This document shows, piece after piece, positions 38,457 to 50,459 of a DNA stretch of 64,000 bases. The notes beneath the pieces were generated by a model. It had not been told where the DNA came from and did no database searches. It saw only the letters and a program-made list of their open reading frames with translations. The DNA is from Octopus sinensis. Taxonomy: Eukaryota. The DNA lies in NCBI RefSeq assembly GCF_006345805.1, contig NW_021832611.1, forward strand, positions 62,001-126,000, written 5' to 3'. The first letter of the stretch is position 1. The number at the start of each line of letters is the position of its first letter. Made by a program: the position numbers and the translations under genes.

Positions 38457-39508
38457 CAAATGTCAGGCCAAACTTCCTGTATCCTCTGGCGGTCTGGGGC
38501 TTCGCTCCGCGCTCGACCTTTCTCTTCCCGCTTTCCTTTCATCTTCTTCAGGATTGTATCTTCTTGTCCATAAGATTCTTGAAAAATCACCCGAATCAAC
38601 TTTGGACTCTGATATCAATTCTGCACTCTTGCTTTGGAAGGAAAAGCATTTTGTCTTACCGTCAGAACGATCTCTCCAACGTGAATGGGACAAATTATTT
38701 GTGAATATTACGTTGACTCGTTGGAGCGTCTCTTGGACCAGCACAGACTAGCTTGCTTCCGTGCCAGTCGCCAACCGTATTCTGGCTCCTGGCTTAACTG
38801 CCTTCCCACGACCCATTTGGATACCTGCCTCGACTCTGATGCCCTCCGTTTTGGAATATGCCTTCGTCTGGGATTACCGATTTGTAATCCCCACCCCTGC
38901 CGGTGTGGATCAACGATGACACATACGGGCTCCATGCCCTTTCCTGCAAGAAAAGCGCAGGTCGCATACCTCGTCATTCGGCTCTTAACAAGATCATTCT
39001 CCATGCCCTCGAAAGGCAGGGTATCCTTCTGTCCTTGAGCCAATTGGTCTTGACCGTGGTGATGGAAAAAGGCCTGATGGCTCGACGTTGTTCGCTTTCA
39101 ACGCTGGTAAACCACTAGTTTGGGATGCCACGTGTGTTGATTCCTTCTCCAAGTCGGCCATCAACGAATCCGCCTCTCTGCCCGGGTCCCGTGCTAATAG
39201 GGCTGAACATACAAAATCCGAAAAATACCGGGGCTTGTTAGACGGCTTTTGGTTTTGGCCAATTGTTGTTGAGACTTCGTGCGTCTTTGGCACAAAGACA
39301 GTTGATCATCTAAAGAAACTTGGCCACCTCTGTTCTTTACGCTCCAAGGATCCTAGGGAATTTACTTTCCTAATCCAAGGATCCTGTTGGCCGTTGTGCG
39401 TGGGAACAGCTGTTCCATCCGGCTTGCTGGCCGATTAATTTCTGATTAATTTGGCTTTCCATATTTTTTTAATAAATACCTATGAAGACTAAAAAAAAAA
39501 AAAAAAAA
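38457..39508 (+). mobile_element. 5'-truncated CRE-clade element with poly(A) tail
   Basis: QAKLPVSSGGLGLRS...YSGSWLNCLP...CRCG...RPDG..LVWDATCVDSF; A-tail 39491-39510; 14-bp TSD AAATGAAACAGATT at 38443-38456 and 39509-39522. Confidence 0.88.
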
Positions 39509-39927
39509 AAATGAAACAGATTGAGCAATACTCTCAATGATTGACGTAAGTCTTCAGAATTTATTAAATATGTGTTTTTTATTTATTATTATACTAAATA
39601 TAAATTATATAGAACAAATTTTTAAAGAGTAAATGTATGGTCGAAATTATTTTTGTATTTCATCATATATTTGTTACTATCGACAAATAGATTTTTAAAC
39701 GATTCAAAAAGTCTTTTTTGCACATTCTAGGATCGTTTTGATAATTCTTCCAAACTTTTCATTTTATTTATCTCAAATTTTTAGAAATTTATACTTTGAA
39801 AAACACAAGAACCTTCTTTATATTTGCTTTGTTTCTTTGATATAAACCAATTTATGCGTTGTTTTGTCTACACTATGTGTTAAAAGTCATAATCAAGTTT
39901 AAGACTAAGATACGGAGTAAAGACATA

Positions 39928-41585
39928 TCTTAATAATAAAATGGTATGGTGTGTGTCTGTCTGTCTGTCTGTGTGTGCACACAACTTCAAATTGGCAATA
40001 CGATGTCCTCGACTTACATGATGAGGTCCTTAAAACCTTCCCCCCAAAAAAATTAAAAAAAATTTTCTGCATTTTGGTCAAAATGAACAACTACGATGTA
40101 TTCGACTTACATGATGAGGTCCTTAAAACCTTCCCCCCCAAAAAAAATTAAAAAAAAATTTTCTGCATTTTGGTTAAAATGAACAACTACGATGTCCTCG
40201 ACTTACATGATGAGGTCCTTAAAACCTTCCCCCCAAAAAAATTAAAAAAAAAATTTCTGCATTTTGGTTAAAATGAACAACTACGATGTCCTCGACTTAC
40301 ATGATGAGGTCCTTAAAACCTTCCCCCTAAAAAAAATTAAAAAAAAATTTCTGCATTTTGGTTAAAATGAACAACGCGAATGTCCTCGACATTCATGATG
40401 AGGTCCATTAAAACCTTCCAGGCAAAAATCTCACGTATTAAGAATATCCTTGATAAAAACGACAGCGAGAATATTAACAATGATGAACTCCCAATTATTC
40501 GCGATAAAGAAATTCAATTCATCCTATGTTTTTCTCTTTAAAATTAAATGCATATATCATTATCGACCATGAATCAAAATTAAAGCTATTATCATATTTG
40601 ACTTTGACAGAATGTGCAATCACAGATTGCAAGACTTTGAATAGAGTGTGCAATTAACAGATTTTGAAAAACCACTTTGATAGTTGAAACCACATTAGCA
40701 CAATCATTAACACAATTTACCACCAATTGACGCACGACCTTGAATAGAGTGTTCAATTAACAGATTTTGAAAAACACTTTGATAGTTGAAACCACATTAG
40801 CACAATCATTAACACAATTTACCACCAATTGACAGCGCAATCTGAAGAATTTGCGTAAAAATATTCACTATTTAGTTAAGTTTTTCGTAAAGATAGAATT
40901 TATTTTCGGTATGTCTCTTTTCCTAAACTTTTTTATTATTCGAAAATAATTTTTTCAATAGATAACCGAAGGAGGGAAGACGAAGCTGAAGAAAAAACGG
41001 GCACCTTAAGGTAATTAATTAAATCTTTTTTGTGTGTCGCTTTTTTGGTTGCTGCTACTCTGCCTGCCCCATTTCCGCCAGTGGTTTTATTACGAAATCT
41101 TGCGCCACCTAAATTATGCAACGGAACGAGGTTAGTTATCAAAAATTTAATGGCTAACGTAATAGAGGCGACGATATTAACAGGTAAGTATAGAGGTGAG
41201 GATGTTTATATTCCACGAATTCCGATAATTTCTGATGAATTACCATTTAGATTTAAAAGGCTGCAATTTCCTTTGAGGATGAGTTTTGCAATGACAATAA
41301 ACAAGGCCCAGTGACACTCATTAAAGGTAGTTGGGTTATTTTTAGAGAATGAGTGCTTTTCACATGGACAGCTGTATGTGGGATGCTCGAGGGTAGGCAG
41401 AAGAGAAAATTTATTCATATATGCCAAGGAAGGACGGACGACAAACATCGTTTATCAACAGGCGATAGAATAGGGTTACATTAAACCAGGTAGTTTTATA
41501 CATCTACATAAACTTATAGTTGTTTGATGAAACAGGCCCTCCGCAGGAGCTAGGTCGCGGTGAGCGAAGCGAGCTGCCGAGCTAG
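39928..41585 (+). mobile_element. non-autonomous Helitron copy 2 (longer helicase remnant)
   Basis: A|TCTTAATAATAAAATGG...CTAG|T; five 95-bp units; PVVLLRNLAPPKLCNGTRL...IPRIP...KRLQFPLRMSFAMTINKAQ at about 41075-41470. Confidence 0.92.
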
Positions 41586-41849
41586 TGAGTAAATAAGACA
41601 AATATGTGACATGGGCAGCGCGTTACGCATGGGCAGCGCGTTACATTTTTTGACATTGAAACTGTCAAATTAGAATTCTTTGATTAGCCGAAATTTAATT
41701 TTTATAGTGAAAAAAAATATATTAAATGAATCGATTTCAAACATGTTAAATAATCTTTAATTTATTAATGTTACAATTATTAAAATTTTAATTTTTTAAC
41801 TTGACAAACCTACATTTCTAGCGTGTTTTTTCTTGTTTTCTCTTTTGTG

Positions 41850-43939
41850 ATGAGTTCTTACAAGGGTTTTGTAAAAGACATTATCGAATATGAGATTTTA
41901 AAGGATGCGTTGGCTGGTAAATTTCCCGAAAATTTTTCGAGGCACAAAAAATATAGGCTTGCAAATAAAATAAAGAATTTTACTATGTCGCGAGCGCAGC
42001 GAGCGACCGAGCGCAGCGAGCGACCACTCAATTTCTAGATCCGATCAATCAAAAAATCTATAAATTGACAAATACCCAGGCTTGTATTTGGGATTAAATA
42101 TATTCGATAACAAAAATTAAAATCGATGCCAAAGCAGAATGAGCTTTAAAACCGATTTCATAAATAAAAATAATATTTTAAAATTTATAATTGATATTTT
42201 AGAATAATGAGAAAAAATCTAAATGCTTCATAATTTATAAAAATGTCAAAACAAGAATCTTCTGAAGGAGCAAGCCTGTCTGCACAGTTCATTTTTGATT
42301 AGAAGACCTAATTTTAGAGATTAAAACGAAAAAATAGCAATGAGATCTGTCAAATTATTACCCCCCTCACAACCTAAACCAAATTAGCGTTCAGTATTCA
42401 TTGATTTTACTTTTTCTATTAAGGTCTACTTATAAATTATTTTATGGGATTCAATGGAAAACTTAAGTTATTTCAATTTTACTTTTAAATCATGTTAAAA
42501 TTTTAAATAATTTAATAAATATATTTGTTGATGATAGGCTTGTTAGGTGTCAAAGTTGCGTCTAGCGCTCGGTCGCGCGCTGCGCTCGCGACATACTATC
42601 ATAAATGAAAGGTATTTTGAATGCGCAATAAGTTTCAGATTGTATCTTAAATCCGCTGATCCCAAGTTAGTAATTACTCTGGATAATGAATCTGAAATGG
42701 AGCTTGTTGCAAAAACATTGCACGAGTATTCTCACGGAGGAGTGAATAAAATTGAATATCAGTGTCGACAAAGCTATTTTACTGTAAAGAATGACATAAT
42801 CAGAAAAGTAATTCGAAATTGTCAAGTCTGTAAATTTTCACGTCCTTTAAAAGTATAGGCATTTTATATTGTAGATTGGAGATATAAATCACCATGTTTT
42901 TGCTTCTTGTCCTAATGAACGGTTTCAGATAGATCTTATAGACTTAAAAAGATTTTCAACTGTTAATCATGATTTTAAATGGATTTTAACGGTCATTGAT
43001 GTCTATAGCAGGTTTGTTAGTTAAAACAATCTTTATAGATTTGCCTTCGCCAGGCCTCTTTATAATAAGTCGGGCAAAGAAGTATCGGAAAATTTAAAGT
43101 CATTATTTTATTTAAACGGCCCATGTCAAATTCTTCAGTCAGATAATGGGTCTGAGTTTAAGAATCAGGAAATAAAGAAAATTTGTTTTGATTTTAAAAT
43201 CAACAAAATTCACGGAAGACCTAACAATCCACGGACACAGGGGATTGTAGAGAGATTCAACCAAACTTTAACAAGAAAGTTATCAAAAATGCTTGATAAC
43301 AGCGAGAAAAAGTGGATAGTGGAATTAGAAAAATGTGTGTACAGTTATAACATCTCTGTACATTCATTTTCTAATGAGAGCCCCTTTGAAAAATATAGGG
43401 GAATTAAGGGAATAAATCCAATAATTGGTGGTTATATATAATTATGTTTTAGATGATTCAAATGATTGTGTTATTTCAGAGCAAATGGAAGATTCATTTG
43501 ATTGTTCAACTCCAGAGAGCGTAGAAAATTTGCGTAATCCAATTTAAAATATATACGTAGATAATTCCGAGTCAGAATGTTCCTATCCGGATCCAAAAAA
43601 ATTTAAATTTATAAGGAAACCCATTGGTGAAACTTCTAATTATTACAAAGCTATGAACAGGAAAATGAATGTTCATAATAGTAAGTATGATTATAATGTC
43701 GGTGATAAAGTAAGAAATAAAAAATTAATAACTAGATTCGAATTAAAAAAGATTTTGGGACTAATCCATCGTTGCGACTGGATAAATTCGAATCACAGTA
43801 CTATCCACCAGCTGAAATAATAAATATTTTGTCGAATAATCGCGTAGAGGTAGTTTTAAATTTATTTATTTAATAGATTAAAGATTCAAATGGGGAAAAG
43901 TCTATAGTCGGGATGGACAGGATTAAAAAACTTAATTAA
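41850..43939 (+). CDS. spliced DD35E integrase/transposase of Ginger2-like family C, interrupted by a MITE
   Basis: Removing MITE plus one TSD (613 nt) and introns 42853-42874, 43012-43038, 43431-43452, 43534-43560, 43710-43735 and 43850-43876 leaves 1326 nt = 441 aa plus stop. HHCC (HEYSH...CQVC), FQIDLID, LQSDNGSEF, 35 aa, GIVERFN; C-terminal YNVGDK..IKKDF domain. Confidence 0.85.
41986..42593. mobile_element. 608-bp TGT...ACA MITE nested in the family C integrase
   Basis: TIR TGTCGCGAGCGCAGCG(A/C)GCGACCGAGCGC (~29 bp); 5-bp TSD TACTA at 41981-41985 and 42594-42598. Confidence 0.92.
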
Positions 43940-44227
43940 ATTAATTATTTTTGTAATTGATAATTCAAAAATAAGAGTGTTTGAAGTTTATCGATAAATT
44001 GACAGGTTAACATTAATTGAAGGTCAGTGTAACGCGCATCCCATACGTATCATGTGGCCCATGTCACAAAATAATATTCTAATTCAAAATTTGTTTTTAG
44101 TAAATACTGACGAAACAGAATTAAAAGTTTTTTCTCTATTTTTTAAAAAAAATGATGTCTCAAAATATCTTTAATAATAATTATATCAAAGTACATCATT
44201 TGCGAGACTTTATTTAATTTAGTTTTG

Positions 44228-44502
44228 GTACATATGTAGTAGTTGGCGGCCACTTTTTAGCGAATTTTAAAAAAACTATATTTTTTGGGATGATTCCTCT
44301 GGATTGCATGAAATTGATAGCTTCTGACATATTTGTGGGTAGATTGAATAGATTGACCTCACTTCTCATTTAAATTAAAGTAGCGTGGGATTTTATTATT
44401 TTTATATTGTATTATTTTTAATTATATATTTTTTTTAACTAAAAAAAATATAGTTTTTTTAAAATTCGCTAAAAAGTGGCCGCCAACTACTACATATGTA
44501 CC
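44228..44502. mobile_element. 275-bp MITE with GG...CC ends and 8-bp TSD (Merlin-like)
   Basis: TIR GGTACATATGTAGTAGTTGGCGGCCACTTTTTAGCGAATTTTAAAAAAACTATATTTTT; TSD TTAGTTTT at 44220-44227 and 44503-44510. Superfamily inferred from ends and TSD only. Confidence 0.85.
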
Positions 44503-44527
44503 TTAGTTTTTTTATTAATTAGAAAAG

Positions 44528-45373
44528 TTATAATTCAGTTATATCTATTTTATCGGAATTTTCTGCATATTTATCTCTATAATTGAATTTTTCATTTTTG
44601 TTAATCATAAAAAAGTTTGAATATTCGTTTATATCAATGTAGTTATTCTAAATCAATATATTTATTGCAGAATAACCCTATCTGTATCTATTTGATCGAA
44701 CGCTTCTTTGAACTTACCGTTATAAAGATAATTCGAGATTATGAAAGGTCGAAGTTCTTCTTGTGTTAAAATATTATCTCCATTTTCGTCATAAAAATAG
44801 AAATTTATATATTTATTTTCTAAATTTTTAGTTTAAAAATTGCTTCTGTATGACTCTTCTAAATCTATTTTTCCATCTTTATTAATATCATATTCCTCCA
44901 TAAATTTTTTCTAAAAATTAAAAAACTTTAAAAACAATTAAATTTACCACAGATCTCTGAATTTTAAATTCTATATCGACATTATAGTTCAACAGTGTAA
45001 CGACTTCTTTGGCAGAAAGAAGACCATTATTATCTTGATCAAAATCATTGAATATATCTTCAGGTACAGGTTTATTAAATATTGTATGTATCTGATTTAA
45101 ATTCATCTCAGTAAGATTGTTTTGAGAAAATATAGATTCAATTTCTTTATAAGTTTCATTATACATAAATTTATGTGTAAATTCAAAATATTCTTTCTTT
45201 GAAATTTTCCCGTTTTTATTTCTATCGATTAGATCAAATCGTTCTCTATAAATTTTAGCATTTAATAAATTAACATACATTGCATCTTGATTAATATTTT
45301 CTGATATAATACGAATTTTTGGAGTTAAAAATCCAATTGATGAAATGATAACCAATTTCGACAGTAACCACAT
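44528..45373 (-). CDS. secretory-pathway multi-EF-hand protein, CREC (calumenin/reticulocalbin/Cab45)-like
   Basis: Signal-like MWLLSKLVIISSIGFLT; EF loops DRNKNGKISKKE, DQDNNGLLSAKE, DINKDGKIDLEE, DENGDNILTQEE, DTDR|NNYIDINE; ends DKIDITEL*. Confidence 0.65.
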
Positions 45374-46199
45374 TTTAACGACTTTAAAAAACAAAGAGGT
45401 AAAGAAAGATTTATTACAATTTAGTTAGTTTTAGTTTTGAAAAATCAAAAAAAAATATGTAAATATTTTCTTAATATTAGCTGAATTTACAAAATTTTTT
45501 ATATTAGTATTTAAAGCAATTTTTCCATTTATAGACTGACATCGTCCTGAAACATAACAAACCCAATTTATTCGTTTTCGACAAGAAATCAAATTTTTCT
45601 GGTTGAAGTTGGGATAACATTTTCCCAAAATTTACACCAATTGGAGATTCGAAAAATAAAAAAATATGACCTTTTATCCTAAAAAGTGGAATTAATTTAT
45701 TATGAAAAAGTGAGATAGTGCCCATTGTATTAACATGGAATGAACTTTTAACTCAACAATTCTTCCAATAACGTTCGCTTAACATGCATACATACTATAA
45801 AGAAAACCCCTGACTATAATTATTAACTATAAAGAAAACCTTTGAGAGCATGGTTGTTTTTTACAAGAACAAAGTTTAACCGTGGGAAAGGAGTCTGAAC
45901 TGAACAAAAAAATAAAAAAAAATTTATCACCGAATAAGTGTGACCACAACATCGCCAGTGCCTGTCAGCACCTCGAAAGGAAAGAGGGGGGCTTGTCTAC
46001 TTTTATCATTTTGCAAATAGAGGAAGGAACGACCAGATGGAAAAGATTATTTAACTAATAAATACTTGCTTATCAAAATTTTTAGATAATATATAAAATT
46101 TTCATAATGCATTTTCTTTTGTTAATTTTTTATATGGGCAGAATTAAAGACAATGATTCAATTTCATTTTCATCTTCGTGGGATTTTAGTGACACTTGT

Positions 46200-47420
46200 C
46201 TCTCAGCTTTCCAATATCAACACAATTAAGTGTAGGAACGATCTAATGATGTCAAAATCTAGTGTTGTTATTTTTTTCGTCCCTGTTTTTGATTCTTCCC
46301 TGTCACGCTCTAATTTTAAAATCCTTAATGTTCTCGGGCAGTAAAAAATGGCAAAAACTACGAAAAATAATTCGACTGACTATTACTTAAAATAATTGAC
46401 CTTTCGATATAATCGACATGCAATAGTATATTTTAGTCATATAAATTTAGAAATATATTAAAGACTATTTTTTGGTTTTATTTTTAGCTGTTTCATCGTG
46501 TTTATGCTGGTTATATAAGATATCGGCTGTGACATGATTTTCTGGAGGGAAGCAATGTTGATGACCTATTAAATAATTCAAATATTATATACAAGAAAAA
46601 TTGTTAAATCCCCGTTGAGAATATGAACTAAGCATGAACTGATTTTCCATTTCAATCTGTTTAATCTTGTCTCTAATCATTTCTATTTCTGGATCATTGA
46701 AAGATGCTATTGGAATAAAAAAATGATTATAACGTTGAGGATGACGCACTTGTCTATCCTTATATTCGTTATAGTGATTTTGTTCTTTTTCTAACAGTAT
46801 CGCCTCAGCCTCCATTTGACTGAATTGACTCAAAATTGATGGATCAGAATTTCCGTTTTGCAAATATGAATTTCTCAAAGCTCTAATTATTAATAAAAAT
46901 GGTTTATTTACATGATTTCTCCAACAATTGAGTTACTTCCTCCGGCTGGAAAATACTGAATATTTTTATTTCTAAAGAATTGTTTTTGGTCGTTATTTCC
47001 ATCTTCCTCAAGTTGTAATTTAATAGATTTAATCAGTTTTTTGTGTAATTTCTCGTCATCCAACATTCTTCTACGTAAGCTACTTACGTCTTCACGCGCT
47101 CCGAACATTTCATGATGAAATAAAGTCCGACCATCATAGTTGTGCATGTCTAAAATTTTAGTAGCTGTGAATATAAAAACTTTTTAATGGTTGCTGATAA
47201 TATTTCAAAAAACTAATATCAGAAGAAATATCTAAATATCTATATCAATAATATACCCATTTTCGTAGATTCCAGCTTACTCATTTGAGCACATAGGGAT
47301 TCCATTTTTGTTGAATATTCAAATTCAAGTGATTTTAACTTATTTGATAACTATAAAATTAAAATATACATTTAAAACATTGCAAGATCCTTTCTCCATT
47401 TAAAATGATTTGTGAGACAC
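46200..47420 (-). CDS. multi-exon coiled-coil protein, possibly CCDC17-like (boundaries uncertain)
   Basis: Spliced GEII|ALRNSYLQNGNSDPSILSQFSQMEAEAILLEKEQ resembles my recollection of a CCDC17 motif (EIRALREAY..GGRDPGVLGQI.QLQ.EA..LE); ORFs 46585-46878 and 46908-47147 are linked by a 29-nt GT-AG intron. Confidence 0.4.
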
Positions 47421-48129
47421 TATTCAAAAGAAAATTAATTCCTTTAGCAACCGTATTAAAATTAAAACATTTTTTAATTAAATAAAATTCAAATGAAAAA
47501 TTAGTTTAAAAAATTTGCTTAAATTGAATTAATCAACAAGAAAAATGATTATCTCAATAGGAAAAAAATCCACAAATACAACCAGGGAACGCAACTTCGA
47601 TTTTAAAAGCTTCTACCTTTAAAAGAATCTAAATACATGATTTTTCTTTATATATTATTATCATTATTATTCAACCAAGACCACCGTCTATAAACCCAAA
47701 ATAACTAATTAGCTGATCCCAGCTCCTCTATGAAGAGTCCTCAATTTTCCCTGACGTTCTTCCCTTGTTCCCGCACATTTTCTATAGGGGCGCGGCAGGT
47801 GTGTCATTGTGTATGTCGTCCTCCCGTTTCTTCGCAAGATCTCCTCATAAGTAGAAACATTTAGTTATTCGTTTCGTTCTTCTAGAGTTTTGCAAATTCT
47901 TGATTTAATTTTTGAAATTTTTTCCCGATTTGTGTAGCTGATCGTATTTCTCCACGCTGCGCAGGCGTAGCTAATTGTAGGTTTTATGTACTGCTTATAG
48001 ACGGTTTGGCGAGTGTAATAAAGTTAATTACATTTCCAGTGTGATCTTTCTTCTGGAATAAAAAATATGTCCCGGAGTAATTTGTATTATTTAAATTAAT
48101 TATTTTTTAATGTTAATTTTTTTTTGTTA

Positions 48130-48260
48130 ATTATTTTTCGAGTTCGATTCCCAGAGGTTGCGTGTGCCGGAAACTCCGTTCGGGTTTTGACGAGTGACAC
48201 CGTCATAAACATCTCACCACATATGGAATCTCCGTGGAATGAATCTCCAAATGGGATGTT
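48130..48260 (+). mobile_element. divergent SINE-like copy
   Basis: B-box GAGTTCGATTCCC followed by TTGACGAGTGACACCGTCAT, matching the core TTGACGAGTGACGCCGTCAT of the 63.3-kb SINE. Confidence 0.5.
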
Positions 48261-49495
48261 GAGCTTTCTTGTTTTATTTAGCTCCACAGTAATAAAAAGA
48301 AACAATAAGAGTAACTAATGGATTTTCTACCTCTGAATGATAAAAAATAATTGAATTTCTCGTTCTCTCTTAATTTTAAAAAATTGTCTGGCTGGCGCGA
48401 GTTAAGTGCCTTTGTCTTTGCGGTAGCGCTGTTACAATTAATTATTCATTATGTTTTCCGGCTTTTGACGACCAACGTATATATCAACTTTTAATTCAAA
48501 TTGAACAAACTAAAATTTGTAGAAAAATAAAGCATTTTGGGAAACAAAATTGTCCGACGGAGTGGGCATAACCATGCGTATAATGTGAAAAAATGTCCCA
48601 ATCTTGAGTTAAAAATATTTACTGACAGCTGTTTCAAGCCGAGTTTTTTATTGTTCTCGGGAGTTTATATTTCGAATTCTTCTTAACTGGTTATGATGGA
48701 ATTTGTTTAGGTTGTTCAGCTTCAGCTTGGCACACATTATTTATCAGACCTGGGACAACAAATGTGCTATATATTCTTAATTTGGTCTTTTTAGTTAATT
48801 TCTATCTCTTCTCCGAGATTTGTCTTGTTGCATTTAGAACGAACGATTTTTATAAATTCTTTCTTATATTGGTTGACTATTAGATAATTTAAAACTATAT
48901 TTTAAGATGAAAATGTAACGATAAGGATATTTTGAACGCCTTCATAAACTACAGAATCAGTCGGTCGACTGAAAATTTGACAGTCGTGGTCAAGAAATAA
49001 TAAAGATTAGTGACGATGGATGTCAATCAGTGGCCTATATCACAGATTATTTTTACAACGGTATCAAATAAAAATGAGGTAAAGCAACTGGATTTCGAGA
49101 GAGACATTGAGTGCCAGATTATATTAAAGACTGAAATCCTGGCTACCAAGTCAAGAAAATTTAAATTATCAAATTATTGACAAGGGGTTATCAAGGACGC
49201 TCACCCCATGATACCAAAGTGACATCTTTGCGATTAAGTAATCGGAAATAATTTCCGTAAGAGATTTGCAGAATATTAAGTTGCTTTTACAAAAAGCACG
49301 GGGTTTTCAAAGAAAAAATTTTATAACTTATAAATTAAAAAAGTAACTCGCTAATGAAATAAATAATTTAGTAGCTACAAACATCAATAACAATGAAAAA
49401 AAGAATGATTTTATGTTTTTTTTATTATTTAGCAAAAATCATTTAATAATTAAATTTTTCTTTTAAATTCTGTAGTGTAGTTATTTTGTTGTGGG

Positions 49496-50324
49496 ATGAA
49501 CATTGCTAGAAAATTAAAAGTAATTGACTATCCAAATCGAACTAACTTTAAAATTAATTCTGGTGTATAATTCAAAACTATATTTGAAGATAATGATATA
49601 ACTCTACTTCTTGTTTGGCTTGACGAAACAATAATAAACGCTCTATCAAAAAAAGAATGTCAAAAGCTAAAATACAGCGAAAATAATAAAGAGAATGTCA
49701 TTTATGTAATCTTACTTATATCCTATTATTCTTAAGTATATGACTAAAGTTGGTCTTTTAGTGGATTCGGATATTAACATCAATCTTGATAGGCTTCTCA
49801 ACTTTGCCGTTCATTTAGAATTCACTGCAGAAAGTTTAAAATGTGGAATCATTATTTAGGCTGCAAACGTAGAAAAAACCTGGAAATCAAAATGGATTGT
49901 ATTTTTAATTTTTCTATTTTGTAGTTAGTAGTTCTGTCTTTAATCAAAAATTGGCTTCTATTGCTAAATTGATGATGATTATTGACGACGATGGTGTCTG
50001 TAGGTTGGATTTACTCAAGTCTGTCCGAATCTCTATTAAGAATCGTTTAAAGTCTCATAGTCTCAAATCTACTGATTCAAGTAATCTAAACATTCTTGAT
50101 ATCGAAGAAATGATTAATAAATCGCCTTATTGCAGTATTGTTAATTTTAAAACCAGTTAGAAATGGGAGACCACCTTGTTGCTCGATGTCTTTTTATTTT
50201 GCGACTTCTTAATATTCGAGAACTTCGTGAAGTGCAAACATTGATTGACTCGTTGATAGTTAAAATACAAAAAATTACTGCCGATCCAAAAACAAACTCT
50301 AAACTTGGAGTTGTTGGTTATTAA
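49496..50324 (+). CDS. RTRAF: RNA transcription, translation and transport factor (C14orf166/CLE; tRNA ligase complex)
   Basis: Spliced: MNIARKLKVIDYPNRTNFKINS|DNDITLLLVWLDE...LDRLLNFAVHLEF...LLKSVRISIKNRL...ILRLLNIRELREVQTLIDSLIVKIQKITADPKTNSKLGVVGY*. Confidence 0.88.
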
Positions 50325-50459
50325 TTATTTTTTTATTTGAATATATTTTTCGACCTCGAGTTGAATTTTATTTTTTAAAACTATTCTTATTAATGTAGTT
50401 ATCTTACTTTTGAGTTCCCTAATATTAAAAGTTTTTTTATTAACAGTGAAATTGATTTA

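Larger units (their letters stand above)
41605..44068 (+). mobile_element. Ginger2/TDD-like integrase transposon, family C (full length)
   Basis: TGTGACATGGG...CCCATGTCACA termini; subterminal CATGGGCAGCGCGTTAC repeats; 5-bp TSD AAATA at 41600-41604 and 44069-44073. Confidence 0.92.

Noticed and set aside
41605-44068. Integrase as an LTR retrotransposon or Polinton remnant
   Set aside because: No RT, RNase H, LTR or polB; short TIRs with a matching 5-bp TSD enclose only the integrase gene.
47700-48000. GC-richer island, also 45880-46000 and 48990-49260
   Set aside because: No motif, termini or frame I could support; probably old TE debris.
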